From the NCBI GenBank assembly GCA_002104945.1, contig MCFH01000202.1, positions 1 to 17,806 of the forward strand: a stretch of DNA of 17,806 nucleotides, given 5' to 3'. The number at the start of each line of letters is the position of its first letter. The first letter of the stretch is position 1. The stretch comes from Piromyces finnis finn (taxonomy: Eukaryota > Fungi > Neocallimastigomycota). The position numbers and the translations under genes are program-made. Under the pieces are notes generated by a model that had not been told where the DNA came from, searched no databases, and saw only the letters and a list, made by a program, of their open reading frames with translations. Shown one piece after another: positions 1-10,259 of this stretch.

Positions 1-735
1 ACAATAATTATTTCCATAATTTCCATTATTTCCATATCTTTTATAATTATAACCGTAACTGTTTTATTCGGAGTATTATATGGATTTGGATTATAACTCA
101 TTGAATTACCACCAGTATATGTTTGGGCTACTTGAAAGTTTCCATAAATCGGATTATTCAATAATGGGTTATTATAATTATTAATAGCGAATTGTGTGAA
201 TATTACATTATGACCTGAATTCATATTTACTTGCATAGTTCCATTCATTATTTCTTTTTCAGTTTCTTCGGCAATTTCAGCCACTTTAAATGCTTTCAAA
301 GTTTGGCATTGGGTGTCATAACTCTTGAGCACGGGACAACACGAGTATTAATTGAGTTAGTGTAGTCTTTAACAACAATTAATTTTTTATAATCTTCATT
401 TAAGTTTTCATATAACTTCTTATATTTAAAATTAAACTTTTTAATGGTTTCTTCATTATTAATTCTTAATGTTTTTAATATAGAACATTTGTCTGAGTCG
501 GTTATTTTTAGGTGTTCCACAATAGCCTTTTTTATTTCACTTAAAGTTGGATATATTAAAATTCCATTATTCATCTTTAACTAAAGTATCCAACATTCCC
601 TGAATATCTTCTTCCTTGGACCAAGTAAATATTCTCCTTGGTTCCACAATATCATGAAGATTCATGATTCTTTTAAAATCAGATATCCATAGTTTATAAG
701 AAGAGGCAAAGCTCTCTGTAATTTGATAGCATCAA
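1..735 (-). pseudogene. gag: Mirrored 5' part of Ty3/Gypsy gag (copy of ~7400-8122), frameshifted
   Basis: ORF 296-574 (NNGILIYPTLSEIKKAIVEHLKITDSDKCSILKTLR...) plus adjacent frames. It is the mirror of the sequence upstream of the CX2CX4HX4C knuckle at 8360. Confidence 0.75.
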
Positions 736-930
736 ACATTCTTAAAATGATAAAAAATTTTTTAAATATATTCTTATTTAAATCTTTTTATATTATTTTT
801 ATATTTGTTATTATTATGAATGTTTTTTTTATTTTATAAGAATTAAATAGATAAAAATTTATAATTATTTATAAAAAGATTACTTAAGAGAATTTAAAGC
901 AAGTGTTAATATATATAAAATAATTAAACA

Positions 931-1646
931 CAAAATATACAAAAAAGAAACAAAAAAATAAATTATTTAAAAATATCTCTTTTATTAATTTTATTTAGTT
1001 ATTATATTGGTGTAAAAGGTTTTATATATAAAACAGATTATAAAATATATCTTTAAATTATTTAATAATTAATTAATAATTATTGAATAATAATTTTGAT
1101 ATTTTATAAAAATTTATTTGTAAAATTTATTATATAAATTTTATGGAATAATTAAATAAAGATTAATTTTAAAATATCAAAGTTAGAAATGAAATTTGGA
1201 TAAATATTTAAATTAATGGATAATTAAATTTAAATATTTTAAAATATTTTTAATATTCAAATTAAATCTTAAAAAGTTTTTATTTAAAAATTAGTTTAAT
1301 AACTTAATATTTAATTAATATTTAGGTAATACATGGACTGTATTTAATTTGTAGTTTACTCAAATTGAATAAAAAGAGTATTTAATTAGTTTTAGTTTAG
1401 TTTTATTATTTTATTATTTAATTAAATTAGTATTAAATTAGTTTTGTTTATTTTATATTGAATATATGTGTAATTAAATAGAATAGTATATTAAAATATA
1501 ATTTATAAAAATATAAATACATTTAAAATTTCTTGATTAAAACAATGTAATTGTTATTGACTATTATTTAGTTAATAACTAAATGAAATTAATAAAAGAG
1601 ATATTTTTTAAATAATTTATTTTTTTGTTTCTTTTTGTATATTTTG
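931..1646. repeat. 74-bp inverted repeat pair (931-1004 / 1573-1646); mirrored at ~6512-6585 / ~7130-7200
   Basis: caaaatatacaaaaaagaaac...tcttttattaattttatttagttatta and its reverse complement, with 1 substitution and 2 homopolymer indels. No target-site duplication seen. Confidence 0.85.
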
Positions 1647-1647
1647 C
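1011..1647 (-). mobile_element. AT-rich LTR-like repeat family, copy A
   Basis: Begins TGTAAAAGG at 1011. Shares the core (acatggactgtatttaattt..gtttactcaaatt, 1331-1366) and flanking motifs with 3817-4080 and 15852-16676. Confidence 0.65.
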
Positions 1648-2070
1648 AGCCTAAGCAAGTTGTTACTTTAATTTTATGTTGATTTAGATATTTCTTCAAA
1701 TCCTTTTGATAGAAATAGCCAAATCTCTTATGCCATATACCTAAATCATCTTCAAAGTTGCAATGAATGGTTCATTTTTCTTTTTATTAATGTTTATGAG
1801 TTTAATTTTGAATTGTTTTAATCATTTGAATATGTTAGCATTATATTTTTATTTTCAGAGTCCTTGAAAAAATTCTGACTTTCCCATCGTCAGTAATATC
1901 TATAATGCTTCTTAAACCAAATTTAGCAAGTCCTACACCACTAATTAAATTCTTGCTAACTTTATCGGAATACAAAACTTTTTCTAACTTGTAATTTTTG
2001 TCTTTTATCTTAAACTCATATGAACCATAACCACTAAATTCACAGGTAGTTCCAATTATATCATCAGATA
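1640..2070 (-). pseudogene. pol: Ty1/Copia pol fragment: protease C-terminal beta-barrel region plus GAG-pre-integrase Zn-finger
   Basis: Manual translation gives GYGSYEFKIKDKNYKLEKVLYSDKVSKNLISGVGLAKFG (Copia VLYVP..NLLS..L..G motif), then GIWHKRFGYFYQKDLKKYLNQHKIKVTTCLGCKI (Copia LWHxRLGH...CxxC). Frameshifted and truncated after CxxC. Confidence 0.8.
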
Positions 2071-2849
2071 ATAATAATAAAATTAAAGTAAATATCGATA
2101 TTAATAAGTTGTTAAAAATAAATTAATAATTATTTAAATGAATCTTATTTTACTAATTGGTATGTTTAATTTAATTATTATTAATATTTACTCTGAATAA
2201 TAAATAGTTTTACAATTAATATTTATATTAAATAAACCATTATTAATAAAATATTATTAAATTGATATTTAATTAATTTAATAATTTCAAACTTATGAAA
2301 TATCATGAAATGTTTAATTTCATGAATTGGGATTTTGACAAATATTTTTACATAAAATCAGTTTTGTAACGATATCATATCGTGCATAATATAACACTTT
2401 CTCGAAGTATATTAATTTTATATTTTATTATTAATTATTTTTTTTAATTAGTAGTGTAATTATTATTAATATAAGCCTCAATTGAAGCTTTAGTATAAAA
2501 GTTAAAGAAAAAATAATTAGTTAATCTTCAATTAAGAATTATTTTCAATTTTTTATAAACCTTTTATTTTTTGACTTATTAAAAATTGTTTTTTATTTAA
2601 AAGTGGACTTTTTATAACTTAAATTATTAATAAACTATTTCATTAAAATAATAAACTATTTAAAATAAAAATAATAAAAGTAATACAAACAATAAAAGAA
2701 ATAGTTAAAATAAAAGAAAATAAAAAGTTGTTTATTTCATAATTAATTAAAGTAGTAATTACTTTATATTTTAATAAAAGTGCAATTTACCAGAGAAATT
2801 ATTGAATATTTAATTTAACATCAAAAAGAAGAAAATATTAATATCTAAT

Positions 2850-3150
2850 ACTTCGATAACATGATTAATATGGTATTTAAAGCTTTCAGAAAAAATAATT
2901 AAATCGTCAATAATGAATAAACAAAATCCCTAGAATATTTTCATACATCATTGATAAAATCTGAAAAACTATTGGACATTTTTTCACTCCGAATGGTAAG
3001 ACTAGGTATTCAAAGTGACTAAATTTGCAGGTAAAGGCTGTTTTATATGCATCACCCATTTTAATTCGGATCAGGTTATACGCTGATCCATGAATATTCA
3101 GAGTATATTTTTTCAGAATACGAAGATGCATCACCTATTATCTATTAAGA
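2850..3150 (-). pseudogene. pol: Ty3/Gypsy reverse transcriptase fragment (third element), mirror of 5000-5310
   Basis: SAYNLIRIKMGDAYKTAFTCKFSHFEYLVLPFG matches the Ty3 RT block AYxxIRIxxGDxxKTAF...GHFEYLVMPFG. Confidence 0.88.
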
Positions 3151-3174
3151 TAACGTTATAACGGCTGCTAAACG

Positions 3175-3810
3175 AAAAACAAGTGATGAAGAAGATTCTT
3201 CTAAGAAAAGAGTTACAAAAATTATTAAAAGAAGACTCACCCACGACCGAAAGTTAAACCTGATATTAGGAAACAGCAAGAAATGGAAATAGGAAAGGAG
3301 AGTTTAGAGAAGGTTCTCTTTCAGAACCTAAGACGAACTTGACACGTCTATACTAGTCAATATTAAGAAAAGAGAAGAAGAAAAGTAAAAGATTCAGAAA
3401 GGAAAAAAGAAGTAAATCACCTACTACTACAAATGGAGAAGATATGGAGGTTTGTTTACATAGTGATATGGAAGATAAAATAGAGAAAGAAATATAAAAA
3501 AAAAAGCTCAGAAATATTACCTACATTGTTAAAGATAACTAAGGATAAAGAATAAAACCAAAGAATAGAAAGTTACTAGAAATATACAAATGAGAGGTGA
3601 TAACATTGATTGATATTTTTGAAGATTTTAAACAGAGCCAAATGTGATATTACTTATGGGCAGTTATTTAATGTATGTCTAATAATAAAAATACATCTTT
3701 CTCAAGGACTAAGTTAGAAAAAGTACAAACAATATTTATGGTCTACCCAGAGCGCTACGCCGAAGATAAAACAAAATCGTTTAATCATTTCAAGACTTTA
3801 AGGCGATACT
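3175..3810 (+). pseudogene. Ty3/Gypsy gag-pol linker fragment (K/E-rich plus pre-protease motif), heavily frameshifted
   Basis: Purine-rich, coding-like composition. DIFEDLNRAKCDITYGQLFNVC (~3615-3680) resembles the pre-protease ITxxQLL motif, also seen in element 1 near 9520-9590 (AYLLDLFPKYRRNFLKALKL). Confidence 0.5.
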
Positions 3811-3816
3811 AATTCT

Positions 3817-4080
3817 TCTTTTATTAAGCTTATTTAGTTATTAACTAAATTATAGTCAATACAATTACATCATTTTAATTACGAATTTTACATGTATTTA
3901 TATTTTTTGTATATATATTTTTAACATACTATTCTATTTAATTATACATATATTCAATACAAAATAAACAAAACTTAATTTAATTTAGTTTACTCAAATT
4001 AAATACAGTCCATGTATTACCTATATATTAATTATTTTAAAATTAATCTTTATTTTTATTCCATAAAATTATATAATAAA
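3817..4080 (+). mobile_element. AT-rich LTR-like repeat family, copy B (internally deleted, ends at the palindrome axis); mirror 4081-4336
   Basis: cttttattaa..atttagttattaactaaat and aaatacagtccatgtattacc match copy A. About 150 bp of copy A is missing after 4030. Confidence 0.7.
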
Positions 4081-4339
4081 TTTATAATAAATTTTATTAA
4101 AAAATAAAGAATTAATTTTAAAATAAATAATATATAGGTAATACATGGACTGTATTTAATTTGAGTAAACTAAATTAAATTAGTTTGTTTATTTTATTGA
4201 ATATATGTAAATTAAATAGAATAGATGTTAAAATATATTATACAAAAAATATAAATACATGTAAAATTTCGTAATTAAAATGATGTAATTGTATTGACTA
4301 TAATTTAGTAATAACTAAATAAGCTTAATAAAAGAAGAA

Positions 4340-4975
4340 TTAGTATCGCCTTAAAGTCTTGAAATGATATAAACGATTTTGTTTTATCTTCGGCGTAGCG
4401 CTCTGGGTAGACCATAAATATTGTTTGTACTTTTTCTAACTTTAGTCCTTGAGAAAGATGTATTTTATTATTAGACATACATTAAATAACTGCCCATAAG
4501 TAATATCACATTTGGCTCTGTTTAAATCTTCAAAAATATCAATCAATGTTATCACCTCTCATTTGTATATTTCTAGTAACTTTCTATTCTTTGGTTTTAT
4601 TCTTTATCCTTAGTTATCTTTAACAATGTAGGTAATATTTCTGAGCTTTTTTTTTTATATTTCTTTCTCTATTTTATCTTCCATATCACTATGTAAACAA
4701 ACCTCCATATCTTCTCATTTGTATAGTAGATTTACTTCTTTGTTCCTTTCTGAATCTTTTTACTTTTCTTCTTCTCTTTTCTAATATTGACTAGTATAGA
4801 CGTGTCAAGTTCGTTCTTAGGTTCTGAAAGAGAACCTTCTCTAAACTCTCCTTTCCTATTTCCATTTCTTGCTGTTTCCTAATATCAGGTTTAACTTTCG
4901 GTCGTGGGTGAGTCTTCTTTTAATAATTTTTGTACTCTTTTCTTAGAAGAATCTCTTCATCACTTGTTTTTCGTT
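4340..4975 (-). pseudogene. Mirror of Ty3 gag-pol linker fragment 3175-3810
   Basis: Reverse complement of 3175-3810 with scattered indels. Confidence 0.5.
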
Positions 4976-4999
4976 TAGCAGCCGTTATAACGTTATCTC

Positions 5000-5310
5000 T
5001 AATAGATAATAGGTGATGCATCTTCGTATTCTGAAAAATCATAATACTCTGAATATTCATGGATCAGCGTATAACCTGATCCGAATTAAAATGGGTGATG
5101 CATATAAAACAGCCTTTACCTGCAAATTTAGTCACTTTGAATACCTAGTCTTTACCATTCGGAGTGAAAAAATGTCCAATAGTTTTTCAGATTTTACAAT
5201 GATGTATGAAAATATTCTAGGGATTTTGTTTATTCATATATTGACGATTTAATTATTTTTCTGAAAGCTTTAAATACCATATTAATCATGTTATCGAAGT
5301 ATTAGATATT
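5000..5310 (+). pseudogene. pol: Ty3/Gypsy reverse transcriptase fragment with YIDD
   Basis: ORF 5013-5252 carries AYNLIRI..KTAF..HFEYLV. A shifted frame gives VYSYIDDLIIFSESFKYHINHVIEVL, with YIDD at 5237-5248. It is then cut off by AT-rich DNA. Confidence 0.88.
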
Positions 5311-6086
5311 AATATTTTTCTTCTTTTGATGTTAAATTAAATATTCAATAATTTCTCTGGTAAATTGCACTTTTATTAAAATATAAAGTAATTACTACTT
5401 TAATTAATTATGAATAAACAACTTTTTATTTTCTTTTATTTTAACTATTTCTTTTATTGTTTGTAATTACTTTATTATTTTTATTTTAAATAGTTTATAT
5501 TTTAATGTAAATAGTTTATTAATAATTTAAGTTATAAAAACCACTTTTAAATAAAAAACAATTTTTAATAAGTCAAAAAATAAAAAGGTTTTATAAAAAA
5601 TGAAAATAATTCTTAATTGAAGATTAACTAATTATTTTTCTTTAACTATTATACTAAAGCTTCAATTGAGGCTTATATTAATAATTACTAACTACTAATT
5701 AAAAAAAAATAATTAATAATAAAAAATATAAAATTAATATTACTTCGAGAAAGTGTTATATTATGCACGATACTGATATCGTTAAAAACTGATATTTATG
5801 TAAAAATATATTTGTCAAAATCCCAATTCATGAAATTAAACATTTCATGAATTTCATAATTTGAAATTATTAAATTAATTAAAATATCAATTTAATAATA
5901 TTTTATTAATAATGGTTTATTTAATATAAATATTAATTGTAAAACTATTTATTATTCAGAGATAAATAGTATTAATAATTAATTATATTAAACATACCAA
6001 TTAGTAAAATAAGATTCATTTAAATAATTATTAATATTTTTTAACAACTTATTAATATCGATATTTACTTTAATTTATTATTATTA

Positions 6087-6518
6087 TCTGATGATAATTT
6101 GGAACTACCTGTGAATTTGTGGTTATGGTTCATATGAGTTTAAGATAAAAGACAAAAATTACAAGTTAGAAAAAGTTTTGTATTCCGATAAAAGTTAGCA
6201 AGAATTTAATTAGTGGTGTAGGACTTGCTAAATTTGGTTTAAGAAGCATTATAGATATTACTGACGATGGGAAAGTCAGAATTATTTTTCAAGGACTCTG
6301 AAAATAAAAATATAATGCTAACATATTCAAATGAATTAAAACAATTCAAAATTAAACTCATAAACATTAATAAAAAGAAAATGAACCATTCATTGCAAAC
6401 TTTGAAGATGATTTAGGTATATGGCCATAAGAGATTTGGCTATTTCTATCAAAAGGATTTGAAGAAATATCTAAATCAACATAAAATTAAAGTAACAACT
6501 TGCTTAGGCTGCAAAATA
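6087..6518 (+). pseudogene. pol: Ty1/Copia pol fragment, mirror of 1640-2070
   Basis: Same KVLYSDKVSKNLISG and HKRFGY...CLGCKI motifs, with different frameshifts from the left arm. Confidence 0.8.
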
Positions 6519-7124
6519 TACAAAAAAGAAACAAAAAAATAAATTATTTAAAAATATCTCTTTTATTAATTTCATTTAGTTATTAACTAAATAATAGTCA
6601 TAACATTACATTGTTTAATCAAGAAATTTTAAATGTATTTATATTTTTTATAATTATTTTAATATACTATTCTATTTATTCACATATATTCATATAAAAT
6701 AAACAAAACTAATTAATACTAATTTAATTAAATAATAAATAATAAAAACTAAACTAAAATAATTAAATACTCTTTTATTCAATTTGAGTAAACTACAAAT
6801 TAAATACAGTCCATGTTTACCTAAATATTAATTAAATATTAAGTTATTAAACTAATTTTAATTAAATAAAAACTTTTTAAGATTTAATTTGAATATAAAA
6901 TATTTTAAAATATTAAATTTAATTATCCATTAATTTAAATATTTATCCAATTTCATTTCTAACTTTGATATTTTAAAATTAATCTTATTTAATATCCATA
7001 AATTTATATAATAATTTACAAAAAAATTTTTTAAAAATATCAAAATATTATTCAATAATTATTATTAATTATTAATAATTAAAGATATATTTTTATAATC
7101 TGTTTTATATATAAAACCTTTACA
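6510..7124 (+). mobile_element. AT-rich LTR-like repeat family, mirror of copy A
   Basis: Ends ...aaacctttACA at 7124. Core aatttgagtaaactacaaattaaatacagtccatgt at ~6781-6816. Confidence 0.65.
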
Positions 7125-7399
7125 CCAATATAATAACTAAAAAATAATAAAAGAGATATTTTTTAAATAATTTTTTTTTGTTTCTTTTTTGTATATTTGT
7201 GTTTAATTATCTTTATATATATTTAACACTTGCTTTATAAATTCTCTTAAGTAATCTTTTTATAAATAATTATAAATTTTATCTATTAATTCTTATAAAT
7301 AAAAAAAACATTCATAATATAACAAATATAAAAATAATAAAAAAGATTTAAATAAGAATATATTTAAAAAATTTTTTTATCATTTTAAGAATGTTTGAT

Positions 7400-8420
7400 G
7401 CTATCAAATTACAGAGAGCTTTGCCTCTTCTTATAAACTATGATATCTGATTTTAAAAGAATCATGAATCTTCATGATATTGTGGAACCAAGGAGAATAT
7501 TTACTTGGTCCAAGGAAGAAGATATTCAGGGAATGTTGGATACTTAGTTAAAGATGATAATAATGGAATTTAATATATCCAACTTTAAGTGAAATAAAAA
7601 AGGCTATTGTGGAACACCTAAAAATAACCGACTCAGACAAATGTTCTATAAAAACATTAAGAATTAATAATGAAGAAACCATTAAAAAGTTTAATTTTAA
7701 ATATAAGAGTTATATGAAAACTTAAATGAAGATTATAAAAAATTAATTGTTGTTAAAGACTACACTAACTCAATTATACTCGTGTTGTCCCGTGCTCAAG
7801 AGTTATGACAGCCCAATGCCAAACTTTGAAAGATGCATTTAAAGTGCTGAAATTGCCGAAGAAACTGGAAAAAGAAATAATGAATGGAACTATGCAAGTA
7901 AATATGAATTCAGGTCATAATGTAATATTCACACAATCGCTATTAATAATTATAATAACCCATTATTGAATAATCCGATTATGGAAACTTTCAAGTAGCC
8001 CAAACATATACTGGTGGTAATTCAATGAGTTATAATCCAAATCCATATATACTCCGAATCAAAACAGTTACGGTTATAATTATAAAGATATGGAATAATG
8101 GAAATTATGGAATAATTATTGTTAAAAAAATAATAATCTAATTCACAATACTAGATAGGACAATCTAATGTTATGATGGTTGGAAATAATTCATCATATA
8201 ATAATTCAACTAATCCATATATTAATAATAACGAAACAGGAACTCAAACTTTAATAATAGAAATACCAATAAATTCAATAATTACCAAATGGAAATAATC
8301 AATCTAATAATATCAACAATAATAATAATTCTTTCTCTAGAGGAAACAAAGATATAACTTGCTTTAAGTGTAATCAATTAGGTCTAAGTCGCATAATTGC
8401 CCTTATAGTTATGAACATTG
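7400..8420 (+). pseudogene. gag: Gag with CX2CX4HX4C zinc knuckle
   Basis: tgc ttt aag tgt aat caa tta ggt c(a)t aag tcg cat aat tgc = CFKCNQLGHKSHNC at 8360-8400, needing one missing base. An N/Y/G-rich stretch lies upstream. The start codon is uncertain. Confidence 0.78.
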
Positions 8421-8607
8421 TTTGAAATGGAAAAGAAAGGAATGTTAAAAAGCCTTTAAACTAATTAGTGGAAGAGGGACAACTTCCATTATCAAACCAA
8501 TTTAAAATAATAAACAAAATATAAATAATATAATAATAACTTAATGACCCTTGTTAATAATAACAATTATAATAACGTTTGTAATAAAATAAACACTAAT
8601 AGAAATT

Positions 8608-8638
<31 letters not shown>

Positions 8639-9639
8639 AATAATAATATAATAATATAGTAATAGTAATGGTAATAATAACAATACTAACAATAACAATG
8701 ATAATGATAATAATGATAATAATTCAATGTGGATGATTCTTTATTAAGTAATAATAAGGATGTGTACAACCAAAGGTGAATTCAATAAAGGATAAAATTT
8801 CTTATAATATAAATCAAGATAATGATGACCTTCTAATTTAATGGTACTGTACGTAAAGAAAAGAAAAAAATAAAAATAAAAATTTGCCTTTACTGATGCC
8901 ACTCATAAACCAAAGTTAAAGGATAATCCAAAGCCAATTATAACAGATGCCATGTTACATAATAGTAAGTTACCTGAGTTGAAGTTTCCTAATATGAATG
9001 AAAATGAACAAGTAACTGGTAATTCTAATACTACCGATAATAATAACTTTAATAAAATAAATATCCAAAATGATAAAATAATAAAATGATGAAGATTATA
9101 CCTGAAAATGACCCTACAGATGAAGAAATGTTGATGGAAGAAAACATGGGATCTATATCTGAATCATCGGAGTCGAATATACCAAATGAAAAGGATAAGA
9201 AAAAGAAAGATGTTATTCCGATAAGGATATAAAAATATTAAAGAATAATAAGAAAAAGAATAAAACAGAAAAATTAAATTACCTGGATCCATCTTTTATT
9301 ACCGAAAAGAATATAAGTAATGCTAAGAAACAAAATAAAAGAGAAAAATTAAAAGAAATAAATGAGAAAATTAAGAATATAAATTCTTTACCTAAAGAAC
9401 CAGAAAAATCTACTGAACAAGATACATCTAAAGAGCGGCATATAAATCTTGTGGAAGACTTCGAAAAATATTATATTCAAGACTTAGTCAAAGAGGTAGC
9501 ATCCACCGAGGTTATGACTAAATTAGCCTATCTTCTTGATCTATTCCCTAAGTATAGGAGGAATTTTTTAAAAGCGCTTAAACTAACTCCTAAAAGACCA
9601 TTACCAATGTAATGACTGTAATTAGTAGAAACAAAATAA

Positions 9640-9960
9640 TAAAAGTTCAAGGTAAAGTAGAAAAATATTAATTGTGAAATCTTTCTGGACACTTGTGCTA
9701 GTGTGAATATAATTACACGCTCGGCTTTAAACAAATATAATATTAACAAACCTGCTATCTGCTATCGGAAGAATTTCTGAAACCATTTTTCAAGGCCTAT
9801 TCTAATTCAACAATTGATACGGATATTTACGAGTTGGAAATATCTATCGGAAACAAACTTTTACCGATTTCTTAGGGTTATTGATAAGGATGATTTATTT
9901 GATATTTTATTGGTGTTGATTCATTGAAAAGAATAGATTGATATAAATTTAGTGACTGAT
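9640..9960 (+). pseudogene. pol: Retropepsin-like aspartic protease of element 1
   Basis: FLDTCASVNIITRSAL (D at 9688) and a downstream DI(L)IGVD (~9900), matching the DTG and DxILGxD motifs. Confidence 0.75.
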
Positions 9961-10259
9961 TCATTATTTTATATTGATAATAATAATAATTACTTAAATT
10001 GGCTGATTTATTATATGATATAAACCACAGTAGTTACTCAGAATATGGGCCAACCTGTTGAAGATTCGAATCCTATTTTGCTAACTATGACTGTCAATAA
10101 TGATAACGATAAAGCAAACAATACTTTAGTTATGAAAAGGAATTATATTAATGAAATTTATAAATACTATACCAAAGAAAATAAAAGGTTAGTTCTTGAT
10201 TTGTTTACAGAATTTGAAAATTTATTGCTACCAGTACTGATGATTTAGGTCAATCCCTA

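Larger units (their letters stand above)
1..4080. repeat. Left arm of ~8.1 kb palindrome (reverse complement of 4081-8122)
   Basis: 1-120 reverse-complemented matches ~8003-8122 with 4 single-base indels and no substitutions. Internal landmarks mirror each other: cagtccatgtattacctatata ~4006 vs tatataggtaatacatggactg ~4131, and ORFs 2907-3134(-) vs 5013-5252(+). The arm may continue left of the window. Confidence 0.97.
4081..8122. repeat. Right arm of ~8.1 kb palindrome
   Basis: Ends at taattattgt (8113-8122), the reverse complement of window bases 1-10. The axis is at taaa|ttta (4077-4084). Confidence 0.97.

Noticed and set aside
4040-4120. Sequencing adapter remnant at the palindrome axis
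   Set aside because: The centre is all AT-rich family sequence with no adapter-like motif visible. This does not exclude other fold-back artifacts.
9528-9749. 73-aa minus-strand ORF
   Set aside because: Antisense shadow of the element 1 linker/protease region, with no recognisable motif.
10045-10248. 67-aa ORF as a separate gene
   Set aside because: Lies between protease and RT in the same orientation, so it is a frameshift-bounded piece of pol.
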